A stretch of 64,000 nucleotides of DNA from Trichoplax adhaerens. Lineage: Eukaryota; Animalia; Placozoa. Positions 13,800 through 27,764 of the stretch are shown here, one piece after another; the first letter of the stretch is position 1; every line of letters starts with the position of its first letter. The notes below the pieces were generated by a model that was given only the letters and a program-made list of their open reading frames with translations, searched no databases and was not told where the DNA came from. Made by a program: the position numbers and the translations under genes. Where the stretch lies: contig NW_002060953.1 in NCBI RefSeq assembly GCF_000150275.1, positions 7,487-71,486 on the forward strand, written 5' to 3'.

Positions 13800-14947
13800 T
13801 GTTAGGACAATTCTGTTAGCCTATCTTTATTTAGTTAACTTCTAATTTGGATATACTGTGTTTGAATATAGCACTGACTTTTTATGACAGTGACACTTAT
13901 ACACATACTAAAATTAATAGTTATAATAGGGAATGCAAATCATCTACTTACAGTTCGAATCGTTGTGATTGTAACTTACTTATGGTAGATTGTAAATTAT
14001 CGTGGAAATGTTCCGTGATAGGACATATCGTAATCTGACTATTCTGTATTAGTCATCAGATGTCTATGTTCGTAAATACTGTTGTCTGCATTAAGGGAGC
14101 AGTAGCTATAATTAATATCTAATTCAGTAAATGATTCCAAAGTTAATCGTACTAACTATGACTCATGAGCTATTGAAGAAGTGTATATATAAATGCAGTA
14201 TATCGTGTAATAAAGAGGATTTCTTAAACTTAGTGTTTAACGTAAAATACGAGGCGTTTAAGTTTTTGTGTAGTCTGCTAGTAGAGCAAAGTGTTTTTGA
14301 TAGTGCAGATATCGTTCCTTGATATGTGGTTCAAGGAATTGACTTATTGATCTTACATTACGTTATGTTGTTGCAAAGCTGTTTTGTGACTGTGATATAT
14401 ACCAATCACGAAATTCCAAATTTTAGAAAAATAAGGGCTTTATTCAATCTTATACAAAGATCAACTACACACAGCTCTACTTTAACCGAATACTACTACT
14501 AAAGACTTCTACAATGAACTAACAGAATAATTTAAAGTTGCATGCTTTTATACTTTCCGTAGCATTCGCAGCTACAATCCGCATAGCAACCTTTTACCTT
14601 ATTTTACACATAGTTAAATTATTCTTCGTAAGACTATTGTACTGCGGACCATCATTAATCCAATATGGATACGACTACAGTACTTACGTAAACATTATTC
14701 ACACAAGTCAAAGTACAACGAATTAACCATATCCTAATATATGATTTACAGTTCTATTTTACCTATAGCGTTATTAGTAACTCGACACCTTACTGTATAT
14801 AGTCATGTGTACTCTAGCATAGAGTCTCTACCACTACAGTCCATAGTTACAGCTACCAAATATCTCTTAGGATAAATATCTATCGTACATTATACTACAC
14901 ATGGCTAACAGTCTACAATCACAATACTAAGTTACATCATAGTGACA
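13800..14947 (+). mobile_element. Solo-LTR family A (~590 bp) with family C nested 1 nt before its 3' end
   Basis: Starts TGTTAGGAC; closely similar to 22325-22914; terminal TGTGAC-A is split by the C insertion; no matching TSD of its own. Confidence 0.85.
14391..14941 (-). mobile_element. Solo LTR family C (551 bp), 5-bp TSD GTGAC
   Basis: GTGAC at 14386-14390 and 14942-14946; reverse complement of 57014-57562. Confidence 0.88.
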
Positions 14948-15012
14948 CAAATATATATATACCTATTATTATATCAAAATATTTCACTAATCATTGTATG
15001 TATCTTGATCTA

Positions 15013-15180
15013 TGTCACGTACTAAAGAACCGGACATGTTAATTAAGTTGATTTCATTACGTAGCTGATAGCAATAGAAGTAGTTAAGGACTACCGTACA
15101 GTAGACCTCCAGATGTAGTGGAGATAGGAATAAGTAATCTATTAGTTTAAGGTAGTAGTTCACAAGTTAAGTTTGTGACA
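15013..15180 (+). mobile_element. Mini solo LTR G (168 bp), 5-bp TSD ATCTA
   Basis: TGTCAC...GTGACA termini; ATCTA at 15008-15012 and 15181-15185; 3' ~105 bp similar to the reverse complement of 62458-62560. Confidence 0.85.
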
Positions 15181-18100
15181 ATCTAATTATTTTAGTTAAA
15201 AGTAATCAATTATTTAACAATTTTCTTTTAAAATTATGCAGAAAATATTAAAAATAAACGTTTACAAGAATTTATAATAATTTTTTAATATATATACAAT
15301 AAATATCTATTGGACCAATACTTTAGCTGATAATAAAAGGCAAAGAAATGACTTTAGATGTCTTTGGGTGTTTGGTTAATATATTTAAGAATGAAATTCT
15401 GCATGTTTGTCGAACGACCATTAGGTAATCAATGATGCTAAAATTGATTATATAACATTGACTTCAATAGATTGAAATTATTACTTCTTAGATTATACCT
15501 CATTCTGTATACTTGTATGGATTCCTTAATTGAACTTATGACTGTAAATGTTAGCATAAATTGCCTACAAAAAACGAAATGGAAGTTAATGAAGATGTCA
15601 TAAAAGAGTTTCCGCAATTTAGTCTAAAAATAGTGAATCACTAATAGAAATAATATCGTTTAAAATTTTATCGTAATGATTTAAATTAGTAACGGCATAA
15701 TACAAACTGTTATATCGGACCACTATATTGTGAAGTCTAAAATTTAAATGCGAGATAAGATAATTAATACCATATCGTAATTAATTATCATTCAAAGTCG
15801 TCTTCTTCATATTTGATAACAATTTTCAATTTTACAAAGTACGATTAAATAGATAAATCCCATTTCATGATAGTTGAACTCGACTATATACTTGTGCATA
15901 GTAAGTTAAAGTATAAATCGTAGGTTAAAATTACTTACTTAAAGAAAAGCTATGATTGAAATATTGTGATTGAAGAACCATATCCCACCTAGTAAAGGAT
16001 AGTAAATAAACCAGAAAAATTCGCGTGTAAGATGGGCACTGGATACGTGGAAACAATTCCAATGACCAAAAGTATTGATAAAAGTTAAATTTTCTGGTCT
16101 TAATCGCAAAAAATTTTAGTGAGATGAAAAGACGTTAAAGTCAGTAGTAAATTCAAGAATTTTTACTTTGTGTTTCCTATCACAGAGAGCAACTAGTGAC
16201 TTTGACTTTGACGAAAATAAATGTGGATAATACTTCAAGAGAACTTTAGGCCATTATCTTTATATAAATATTAAGTCTTGCCCGCAACTTCATTCAGTTA
16301 TTTTCTTGCTCGCTGATCAATGTTATAGTAACTTAGGGTATCAGTAAACTAACCTGCTAATGAGTGTAATATGAACAGTTGCGTGTCTAACTGTAAATGG
16401 TCAAACGAATATGTCATTTGTAAATACTCTTATATTTTATCATATAGATAAAAAGAAAATGCGAGAAGTCATTCTGGCCAAATAAGATTAAAACATTAAG
16501 TCCTTGCTTTGCGAAATAATCTATTATGTTATTGCTTCTCAGCATCAACTTAGCATCTTATAGAAATAAAGATAACATGCACAATTTCACAAACTTATTG
16601 CCTAGATTTAACCATTCGGTTCCACCCGCCGTAATAAATATTTTTGAGAAGATTGCCTAAGTTAGCACATTTCTTTAGCCCCTAAGTTTGTAATAAGCAA
16701 TCATAGTGTAAGCATTGAAAGGTTTGAAATTTCAGTTAATAAATATACACTGTATATGTGTGTATATATATACTCAATATTTATTCAAAATTAGAAACTA
16801 TTTTTCATATATCGCGATGAAAAAAAGTTAAAATATTATCATAGTATGATATTATATCATAGGTCCTATATTTTTAATTGCTTAGAGAAATCATAGCTTA
16901 GACCGTGAAAATTAAGCTACAGGCTCTTTTAAAGTCATCTTCTTAACTTCTACTTTTCAATAAGACTTAAATGCAGATGATCTTCTATCTTTAGAGAGCT
17001 ATAATAATTACAGATCTCCTATAGATTGAAATGTGAAAACTAAATGGTATTGATATAATCAACTAGTATATAGCATAAATACCTGACCCGCAATTATTAT
17101 GACTAAGATAATAAAATATGTTAAAATTTACGGATAGAATTTTCTTGAAGTTTCTAATAGTGAAGAAAGTTACATGGCTAAAATTTACTTAAATGATCTT
17201 GAAGGCTTTTTTCAGTAAGTGAAGTGCAGTGCGTAGAAAAAGGATTAAGTTAAAATAAAGATTATCATAGACGATGCTGCTAAGAATTAGCAAATGTACG
17301 ATTTATTATCATAATCATAATATAGCTTGACGACCACCGCCATATATTCCGGTCTTCACTGAACGTTTTACTAGTAAATAGTATAATTTGATTCACTTAT
17401 GAATGTCAATTCAGTCTTAAAGCAATAGGGAAGAAATAATTTTCAGTTTTCTATTCTTTAATAAAATTATTAATCGTTTCTGTACTATTCGTCTGCAAGT
17501 CTGAAATTTAGAGAGCTGGGCAACCATTGAGCTAGTGCTTGTAGTAAAATGTTAAAGAAACTTCAGCTTGTTTGAACTCCATAAATTTTTCATAAATTTA
17601 GATACGGATCTATAGAAATGAAAACTGCAGCCGCTTCACTAGTCTTTTTAATTAAGTATATTTATTGCATATTTGAAATTTAATTAAAAATTTTTTTAAT
17701 CAAAATGAAGGCCACCCTACCATAAAATAAAACAACTGGCTATGAATAGGATAAAATTGTAATTAAACGATGGTTCGTATTTCTAGCGAGTTTCGTAATT
17801 TATGTACGCATATGCTATCTAAGTTCAAATCAATAGTAGAATATTTTAGTATTTTTTAAGTCAGTTGTGATCGTTACTAAGAACTAAATGACAGATAAAT
17901 TGCATGTCGATGATTTTAGTATTAATAATATATAATTTTATTACTAGGATACACGCGTATTATATGTATGAAAGATGCATAGAACTAAATTAAGTTACTT
18001 TTATGTATGGTATCAATCATTTCATAATAGTTGTGTCCATCAGCAAGTTGACAACCATAAAGTTGAATGCGTAATATAATCTAAATAATTTATTAAATAG

Positions 18101-20493
18101 GGTAGAACAAAATTAATTTATGAAATAAATGAGTGATTTCCGTGAATTTTGGGATATGATATACGAGTGTCTATCAAATCTACTTCTAAGCAGTTATTGC
18201 TTTATTATACTAGGGTTATTATTATGAAATGAAAGAGTCAAAACATTGCATAAAAAATTCACTGATTTTAATTACTATAAATAATTATAATTATTGATAT
18301 TAGAAAAGACTTAATATTCATTGTTGTTTATCGCAATATAGAGTAGTATATTCATAATGATGGATATTTCAAAGACAGGAGATGAACATATACTAAAGAA
18401 TTCAGCATACTTATATGATTCGATTATTTAGTAATTACATTTATGAAATTGCCAGCTTTATTATTAATTAATTTTATTATATTAATTGTTCAACAAATTT
18501 TAAAGTCAAAGTATTCAATCTTTAAATGATTTGCAGAAACCGGAAGATCATAATTAAAAAATTGGAATTCTATGATGCTCCATTTTAATACTGCATGTAA
18601 AATTACGACTTCAACAGTTAATTTATAAACAAAATAGATATTACTCAGAGGATTTCTGAAGCGTTGAGATCTTATTTAAGAGAGTTGCAAACAGATATGT
18701 TTATCTTGTAATTACTAATACTATCTTAAATCAAAATTGACGGCCAACTTCAAGGAAAGTGTGCTTGACTGATTTTTCTAGATATAATGTAATACATTAA
18801 TGAAAAACTAAACAAGGCCGCCTTGCATGAATATAATACGAAAAAATCTCTAGTTTCTCCTATTTTAGCTTTATAAGTGTATTCAATTATCTAGACGTAT
18901 TGTAACACTAGGCTTAACTAACAAAATTTCGAAAATTTCGAATGAAAAATAAAGTCTCTAATTCTTAGATTCGATAATTACTTCAATCAATAAAAAAACA
19001 AGAATATACATAAATAAGTACATTGCATCAAAAGTATTGCTTACATTTTACTTAATACAATCCTACCAAAAAATTCTTACGAGTAGCATAATTTTTTATA
19101 TACCGCTCAGAGAATTAGTTTTTAGCATCAATTACACTTTATCTAGAGCATAACTGTACAAGAATTTATATAATTATATCTCTTGAAACGCACGTAGCGA
19201 TCCTATGGCACGTCGCTTCTATAAGTTTTCCTTTTAATACATACGGAAATATTTAAATAACTTTCATATGATCGCATTTCTAGCAAGTCGAGAATAGCAA
19301 TCATGACCTAGCTAATAAAATTTTAATTGAATATACTATCAGAGTTTTGGTATAATTAAAAGTTACTATAATAAACAGATGAAACTGAGATATGGGCTTT
19401 GATTGTAAGAAGACTATTAATCAGCCATACAGTATTTCTGCGACATATTTATTTTCCAAGTACACTCGGTATTCAACTCTAGGTAGTCAGAATTACGAGC
19501 ATCATATTGCATGTTAAGTAGGCTATGTTATAATTTACCTTAATATAAACATGCATTAAATTCTGTCAGTAGAAAGACTTACAGAACAAAATGAAACTGT
19601 CACAATAAGTCGTATTTACAACTAATATGATACTAACAATTTAAGATTGGCTAGTCATCGTCATAATGACAACCATTTTATTTAAAACGACACGAGGATC
19701 ATTAGTAAAGTAGCTTTTTATGTACGTTGGCCGTCAAGTATAACATAAAAATTTTAAGTATAATTTAATGTAATAAATAATAGAAGCTTAATAGGTAGCT
19801 GGGCTTGTCTGTCAGCAGTTTACAGATTGGTCTGTTCAATTAAGTTCTAGCGAACTTCACAATAGCAGCAATGTATTGATAAAATTATCCCAATTAGTAT
19901 TAATGCTCGCATATGGCAATATCTCTCAATACGATATAAATTAATAATAGCCTTACTTTATATCACGTGCTGTGTTCTCCTCCCACTTATTCGGTATATG
20001 TAATAGGACGAATGGACTAAAAATTAACGAAGCAATGAGACAAAAAAAGATATATCGGAGAAATTTGGAGAATTTGCGGATCATTGCCCATAAATTGTCT
20101 GGAAAATAGCAGCTAGACACTGGTTGTATTCTTAGAGCAACTGCTAACAATTTCATAAGCTGTCGCAGTAAGAGAAGTTTAAGGACCTTGAAAATAATTT
20201 GGAAATAGCAAATCTTCGAGCTGTTGCTCATCGATCTTTTCTCGATTTCATGAAATTTTGGCCTTTCTATAATCACTTTGCTGCATAAGAATTGGCATCT
20301 ATCTTTTGTTATCACGTCACTATTTTTTCATACACTAATTGGCTTGGCGATAATTGGATTCATTTACGTATTTGAATAAATAAAATTTTTAGCTAGTACT
20401 GAAAATAAAGCAAATTATTTATCTAATATTCCTAAAGTATCAATCTTAAATTCTTTTCAAAATTACAGATAGTAAGAATTATCCTTATTTACA

Positions 20494-21307
20494 ATGCATC
20501 AATCCAACACGACTCAGATTACAGACGAATATCTTGTCGTTTCTATCGCTAAAGTGGTCATTTATTCGTTATTAAGTATCGTCGGCATAATTGGTAATTT
20601 ATTTAATTTAATTACAATTTATCAGTCACCATCATTACGAACTCTAAACAACGCCTTTTTGATTGCTTTAACGATCAACGATTTTATATGTGCCACGATT
20701 GGATTTCCGTTACAAATAGCTACCCTTCTAATCTGTAATCGCCTGTTATGCTTAACTCAGGCCACTTTTGTTACAACGGTTAATGCTTATTCAGTAGCCT
20801 TAACTGCTTGTGTTAGTATTGATCGCTGCCATGCTGTCCTAGCTCCGTATGATTATATTCGACGTTCAACTCGCGGAAAATATATTTTTCTAATATTATC
20901 ATTGATTGTTACACCTATCGTGCTTTCAGTATTACCACTAACAGGATTAGAAGATCACGGTTTTGGTAACTATACTCGTTTGTACGCATCGACATGCTGG
21001 ATATCATTAATTGTCGATAAGAGTAACGTTATTATCATTACTCTATTCACCACATTCATAACTCTGACTGCGTTGATCATTATGATTTGCTACATTATCC
21101 TATTTTCTATTGCTTATAATAAAAGTAATCGCGATTTAGCTAATCAAACTGGTATTAGAACATCCGTTCGGACGGTATTATTGCTTGTAGGAACCAACAT
21201 GATCTGTTGGATTCCAATGTCAGTTATTACATTTATTGGTCTTGTTCAATATTATGCTACTAAAACTTCATTTATAGTTCATAATGTACTGTCTGATGTA
21301 GTTTGGA
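20494..21307 (+). CDS. Intronless class A GPCR, TM1-TM6; TM7 and C-terminus lost in the gap
   Basis: GN (TM1), INDF, SIDRC, TCWI, LVGTNMICWIP; open up to the N run. Confidence 0.9.
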
Positions 21308-21357
21308 NNNNNNNNNNNNNNNNNNNNNNNNNNNNNNNNNNNNNNNNNNNNNNNNNN

Positions 21358-21592
21358 TATTCGAATCATCAAGATTGAAACATATTTATGGTCGATAGTA
21401 GTCTATCACAGGAACGTCTTGTGATAGGATATATTGTAAACTGACTATCTTGTATTAGTGTATGCAAATTACTAGGCGTTAAAGTCTCTTTTATCCGCTA
21501 GTTAAAGAAATGCTGTTCCTTGATTCTTGCTTCAATAACTCGACTTATTGCTCGTAAATTGAGTTATCCTGTAACAAAGTTGTTTTGTAATA
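21358..21592 (+). mobile_element. Degraded family-A-like LTR fragment
   Basis: GTGATAGGATATATTGTAAACTGACTA, GGCGTTAAAGTCT and CAAAGTTGTTTTGTAATA match family A blocks. Confidence 0.65.
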
Positions 21593-22324
21593 GGTCCCTG
21601 AGACTAACCTTTGTGATAAATGATCAGTGCTTTATTGAAAACTATACAAGAACGTATGAAATTAAATAAATTTAATAATTAGGTTAACTTAGTGTAAAAT
21701 CATAGATTAAATTTCTATTGCTTGATATGTATCAGTAGGCAATACTAAATAGGAAAACGAAGAAAAATGGCGAACCAGTCTAATGTTACCACGTTACACC
21801 AGGCACTGTCTTGCAGTTACAATTTTATAACTATTAACAACTTTTATGGTTTAATAAAACTTTTAAGCTAAATTTATGACCTTCTGAGGCTTCAAATATT
21901 ATTTATTTCGCATTTGCGCTATACGTACAAATATATGTCGAAATTGATTTTTATAAATTAAGCCAAACATTTAATCTTATTTCACGCCATATATGAAAAT
22001 AGAAATTGCAACTCTGATTTCTTCTAGTTGCTTCAAAGCATAGTTTTAGAAAGTTTAGATAATTTACGAACAAAGATCGTTTAATGGAGGAAATACAATA
22101 TCAGTGTATCATATTCAATTACTGTTGTCTAATAATTAAATTGGCCCGGATTTAGAAATGAAATATTTACATTTTATTTGTTCTTCCTTTCCACCAAATA
22201 GACAAAATATTGACATGAAAATTAAAGCTACAGTAATAATTTGTATGCATGTACCCCAATTTTCTTGCTTATTAGATATCGTCTTGTTACAGTGTTAAAT
22301 ACTGTATTACAGTAGAAATAACTA

Positions 22325-22914
22325 TGTTAGGATAATTCTGTTAGACTATCCTTATTTAGTTAACTTCTAATTTGGATATACTGTGTTTGAATATAGCACT
22401 GACTTTTTATGACAGTGACACTTATACAAATACTGAAATTAATAGTTATAATAGGGAATGCAAATCATCTGCTTACAGTTCGAATCATTGTGATTGTAAT
22501 TTATTTATGGTAGACTGTAAATTATCATGGAAATGTTCCGTGATAGGACATATCGTAATCTGACTATTCTGTATTAGTCATTACATGTCTATGTTCGTAA
22601 ATACTGTTGTCTGCATTAAGGGAGCAGTAGCTAAAATTAATATCTAATTCAGTAAATGATTCTACTGTTAATTGTATTAACTATGACTCATGAACTATTG
22701 AGGAATAGTATATAAATGCAGTATATCGTGAAATAAAGAGAATTCTCCAACTTAGTGTTTAACGTAAAATACGAGGCGTTTAAGTCTTTGTGTAGTCTGC
22801 CAGTAGAGCAAAAGTGTTCGTGATAGTGCAGATATCGTTCCTTGATACGTGGTTCAAGGAATTGACTTATTGATCGTATATTGCGTTATCTTGTTGCAAA
22901 GCTGTTTTGTGACA
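22325..22914 (+). mobile_element. Solo-LTR family A (590 bp)
   Basis: TGTTAG...GTGACA; TATATAAA ~22708, AATAAA ~22732; paralogous copies at 13800, 27181, 7810; flanks do not match. Confidence 0.85.
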
Positions 22915-25900
22915 CGCCTACAATTATATTTAAGTCAACATTCTAAAGACTGAGGTTATAACTTCTCTGACTTTTTCAATGGGGCATGCTTGCTATTAAA
23001 ATTTTATCCTGAGCCAATTTGTCCATAATCCACTGTAATGATTTCAGCCATTTACAGTACTTACGTGTTACTGTTTAAAATCCATGCTCTTCACTTACTT
23101 AAAAGTAATACCTTTACCAATAAAGTTACTTATCTGTGTTCACGCACGATAATATGTAAATTGGATACAGAAACAAAAATTTGTCCAATATTAGAATGTA
23201 TTGCATAAATATTTAATGCTTACAGCAAAAAATAGTAACATTAGCGTTTTTGTGATACTCCTTGACCCTAAAATGATTTATTTAAATAGTTTCAAATAAT
23301 ATAAAATGTCTTCAAAGTATAGTTAATAGTACGTCAAGATATTTTATGACTGAATTCTCCTGTTCCATTTTATAAAAAAGCATACAAATAATTGAAATAA
23401 AAATTTTCAACACAGCTAGGCGGACTAGAGTTCAAAATATGAAAATAGCATATATTATTTTATTATAGTCTTGATTTTTACAAACTAGCTTGAAAATTGG
23501 TAGGGCAATGTAGAATATCTTTATTTTATTAAAGTCTATTTTTTACCTTCTTCTTTTTTAGCATTTTACTTTGAAATAAGATCTTTAAATAATAATGACG
23601 ATCATTAAATATCATGTCCTTATTTGAAACAAATCAAAAATTTTTTCTTACCAGCTGAAGCTGTAGAATATAAATTCAGGAATAGATTTGTTCCTATTTT
23701 GTTATAGAATTTATAATAATTTCGCCAGTTAGTACTAGGTATATGTTTGTCGGAAGTCTAAGCAGCTGCGGTGGATAAATTTAAATTTAATGCATTATGA
23801 TGCTAACGAAGTGACTAATAATTATAATTACTTTAAAACATTTATAGCTACAATCGCCAGAACTACCGTGTGTGAATCGAACTCATAAATTTTGATGACT
23901 TCGTTTAGAAAATCCATATTTGCAACTTATTTTAAACTTCATTTCATAATAAATTATCATAATCGTAACTTCGACATTTTGCTGTATAATATTGTTAGTC
24001 AATTTAGCTTTCTAGCTAGGGATATTACGTAGCTCTATAGGTATCATAAGACATAGAAATATTATTCAGATCTAATGATTTTCTCAAAATATATTTTTTA
24101 ATTGCAAATTTGATTAAAATTGAATTTAAAGACGTATTAATTTATAAATTTTTGATAAATTACCATACAAATTAAAGATCTGGTAGTAATATTATTAAAC
24201 CATATTTCGATAAAATTCTTTGCGCGTAGTTAGCTGCAGCAATGTCAGCGTAAAAGAATTCATTCGAGCTTCATTAAATTTTATGCATTTCTGTTAATTT
24301 AATACGTCAGTTCACAATAGCGGACGCGCCGCTTTAAAATTGTAGTAATATAGGCTGATTAGATTATATTTTTATAAATTTACAATGTTAGACCCATGTT
24401 GCTGTTTCTTCACAATTGAAAACTAGTGCATGCAACCAGATAATATTATTAAAGCCTTTTTATTCCATTTTGATTTATTCATACTTTAGTCAGGTAATCC
24501 ACTAATTAAAACACGCTATAAATAGGTATTTATCCATACTCATATTAAGCTATTGTAGTAATAAATAAAAATTACCGTGTTAATTATTTGACAGTAGGAC
24601 AACTGCTATCAAGGGACGCTCTATCTTGCAGAATTTCGCTTTAAAATGCTTATTTGTAGCAAAATATAACTAAATGAAATATTAATAACGATTAAAGACT
24701 ATTATAGAAATCTACAATTACGGTCGCATTTTATTTACATTTAGAGCTCTTATTATTGAAAATGATATATTATTCACAATACTTCAGCTTTAAAAATAAT
24801 TTATAAATCAGATATCAAAATTCGATTAACCGCTTATCTATAAAGATGCTAAAATGCAAACTCACTATCAAAGCCCATTGTACGACCATATGCTGTTATA
24901 ACTACGATTGCAGCACAACTAACGAATACTGCGAGAATGCTTATCACTTAATACTGCCATCGTCCTACTGATTGAACCAAGCAAACTAAAGCAATTAGCT
25001 AAAAATCTGAATATCTACAAAACCACCGATAACTAAGTGCTAGGTTGTCTCTGTGACTAGTATCATAAGTCTCACAAAAAATAGCTAATAGCCGCGTACA
25101 TTAACCAAAGGTGTAATGACCGCGTAATAGTCTTCTGTAATTACTGCATCATACTAGAAACAGTGCAAGTGTGCTATTTCATCCTATTAGCCACATACTG
25201 TACAACAAACAATTAGCTGAAATCATCACGTAAATTTATTACAGAGTAAAAACAAATTTTCTCATTAACAACTAAACCGAATTAAATATTTAAAGAAAGC
25301 TTTAAATCAAAATAAATTAAACCAGTTTAGATGAGTTATTCAACCACACGATGAAAATTCATTCAAAATGCTTCTGACATGACGCTACCTAACCAAAGTC
25401 AAAAGTAATTAATTACTTCAATATTATGAGAACTTGCACAAGCATTAACAAATAGCGAAAGTATAAGCTTTTAGTATTGAACTGACATTTAAGCTCACAA
25501 ACCTGGTATCTTATCTATGAGCCGGCCTGTTAAAAATCATTTTAAGTATGCACGTAATATTATTGCAAATAATTTACGATCAATAAGCTTATTCTCTAAA
25601 TCACGAATCAGAGATATTTGCACTATCGGGAACACATTTCCTCTGTTAGCCAGCAACACAAATACGTAGATGCTTCTTAGTTTACGCTAAATACTTATTT
25701 TAAGGACTAACTTTATAGTTAGTTTGAGTAACTTCAAAGCCGTTCAATGAATCAGAAACTAATTTTACCTACCACTACCTAATGAAAGCAACAGTTTTTA
25801 CGAGCATATTCTTTTTAATGACTAATACAAAATGGTCGGATTACGATACGCCACATCACGGAAAATTTCCATGATAATCTACAGTCTACCATAAGTACTT

Positions 25901-27180
25901 TACAGTCACAATGATTCGAAATGTTAGTAGATTATTCTCAATCCCCTAATTAAACATTTGTTTCAGAGTAAGTATATACCACCGTTGTAAAAGCAAGTGC
26001 CATTCCTTAAAAATCGCATATCTAAACTAAAAACTCACCGAACAAGGGTAAGCTAGCAAAATTATCTTAATATAGATATCTCTATTTTAATCTCGACAAT
26101 ACAGTACAGTGCATAAAACTGTAACGAATATATGGACATTATCATAGTGGAAGCTTGACCGTAACATATGCTTATGTTGATTTGGCCGTTCAACGCTAGC
26201 TTTGGTACGTAAATATATTATCATATGTAGAATATAGACTTCTCACTATCTTAGATCCGCCATCTAGTTACACAAAATTTGACTTACCAAAATACTTCAA
26301 TCTACAGTACAGTCTGACATAAATAGATCAATACTACTTATAACCCAAATATTATCTAATTATAAGAGTCCATCTACAGAAAAAAATTTAATTTCTTATT
26401 CCTTATAAGAATAGCTAAAGAGACCAAGATAACATTGACAGTCGACTTTGCCTTTATAGCCATCTTTTCATGAAAGTTATTCAAATTACACAAACAGAAA
26501 CTTTATTTGGCTTTCATCTACGGCCTTGTTTAAACAACGCTAGCAACACAAGATAATTTTTTTCACTTTTTTAAACTTTCATAACTCTTCAACTAATACA
26601 GTCTTCTCAAGTAACTGCATTACACTTTGCAGATAATTTCGCAGTCATTTACTGTAGTAAAGCACATAAAAAGTCATAGAAGATATGTAGAAAAGAATTA
26701 CTTTATTTTCTATTTCCTCCGTCTCTCATCTTTCTCAATGCGACGTACGTATTTTCTATAAGTTACAAATAGTTTAAATCACTAACTAGCCTAACATATT
26801 TTTACCTTGCCATATCCAAAAAATCAACGATCAAAACATGTTAATACAAGATTTGCATTACAGCTGTACTTTCATATAATCTAATTTTATTTTTTCCTCA
26901 CGGTCATTATAATAACGTGATAGTCCTCTTCTGTACGTAGTAAAAATAGTACAAGTACTACGTTTCATCATTGTTACTCATTCAAATCCTGGATGCGCTA
27001 GTTATAGTAAATTATTATCAATATAGTAATCAAAAAGGACGTAATCAGTCCATCATTAATCTAAGCGTGTTTTCTAATACATAAAATATCTTATACAAAT
27101 TATTTATTTAATGATTAATCCTGCTTTTAAATTTTTATAGTGTTATACACGGTAACATCGAGATTATAGTTGAACGTCTA

Positions 27181-27764
27181 TGTTAGGACAATTTTGTTGA
27201 TTTACCCTTATGTGAAGAGTTTATAATTTAGATATGTGATATTTAAATATAGCACTAACTTTAATGATGATATATACAGCCTACTAAAATTAGTAATTTA
27301 ATTAGAAAATCGAAAATAATCTTCAAACAATTCAAATCACTATGATTGAAATTTACTAATGATAAATAATATATTATAGTAGAAATCTTTCGTGATAGGA
27401 CATATTGTAATCTGGCAATTTTATTTTAGTCATTCGATATCTAAGTTCGTAAATACTGCTGTCTGCATTAGGTAGCAGTAGATAAAATTAGCTTTTGATT
27501 TATTATTAGGTTTCAACGTTAATATTACTAATTAAAATATCTTCGCTAACGTAAAAGAGTATATAAATGCGATAAATCGTATAATGAAGTTAGTTCATAT
27601 GATTAGTGTTTAACGTAAGATAGGAGGCGTTCAAGTCTTTTTGTAGTCTACTAGTATAGGAAAGTGTTCCTGAAAGAGTAGATATTGCTCCCTGATACGT
27701 GGTTCAAGGAATCGATTGATTGATCATGCATCACATTATATTGTTGCAAAGCTGTTTTGTAACA
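27181..27764 (+). mobile_element. Solo-LTR family A, older diverged copy (584 bp)
   Basis: TGTTAGGAC...GTAACA; collinear with 22325-22914 but visibly more diverged. Confidence 0.82.

Noticed and set aside
13405-14941. C-A-C as a single TRIM-like element
   Set aside because: The right C copy has its own TSD (GTGAC) inside A, indicating independent insertion.
19953-20315. 120-aa minus-strand ORF and other 60-95-aa ORFs
   Set aside because: No recognisable motif, mostly non-ATG starts; expected by chance or antisense to GPCR CDSs.
13847-22563. Duplicated 63-aa ORFs (13847-14038, 22372-22563)
   Set aside because: TTG-start ORFs inside family A LTR copies; similarity reflects the DNA repeat.
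22325-27764. Full-length LTR retrotransposon between two direct A copies 4.3 kb apart
   Set aside because: No TGG PBS, no polypurine tract, no outer TSD, LTRs clearly diverged, no gag/pol recognisable.
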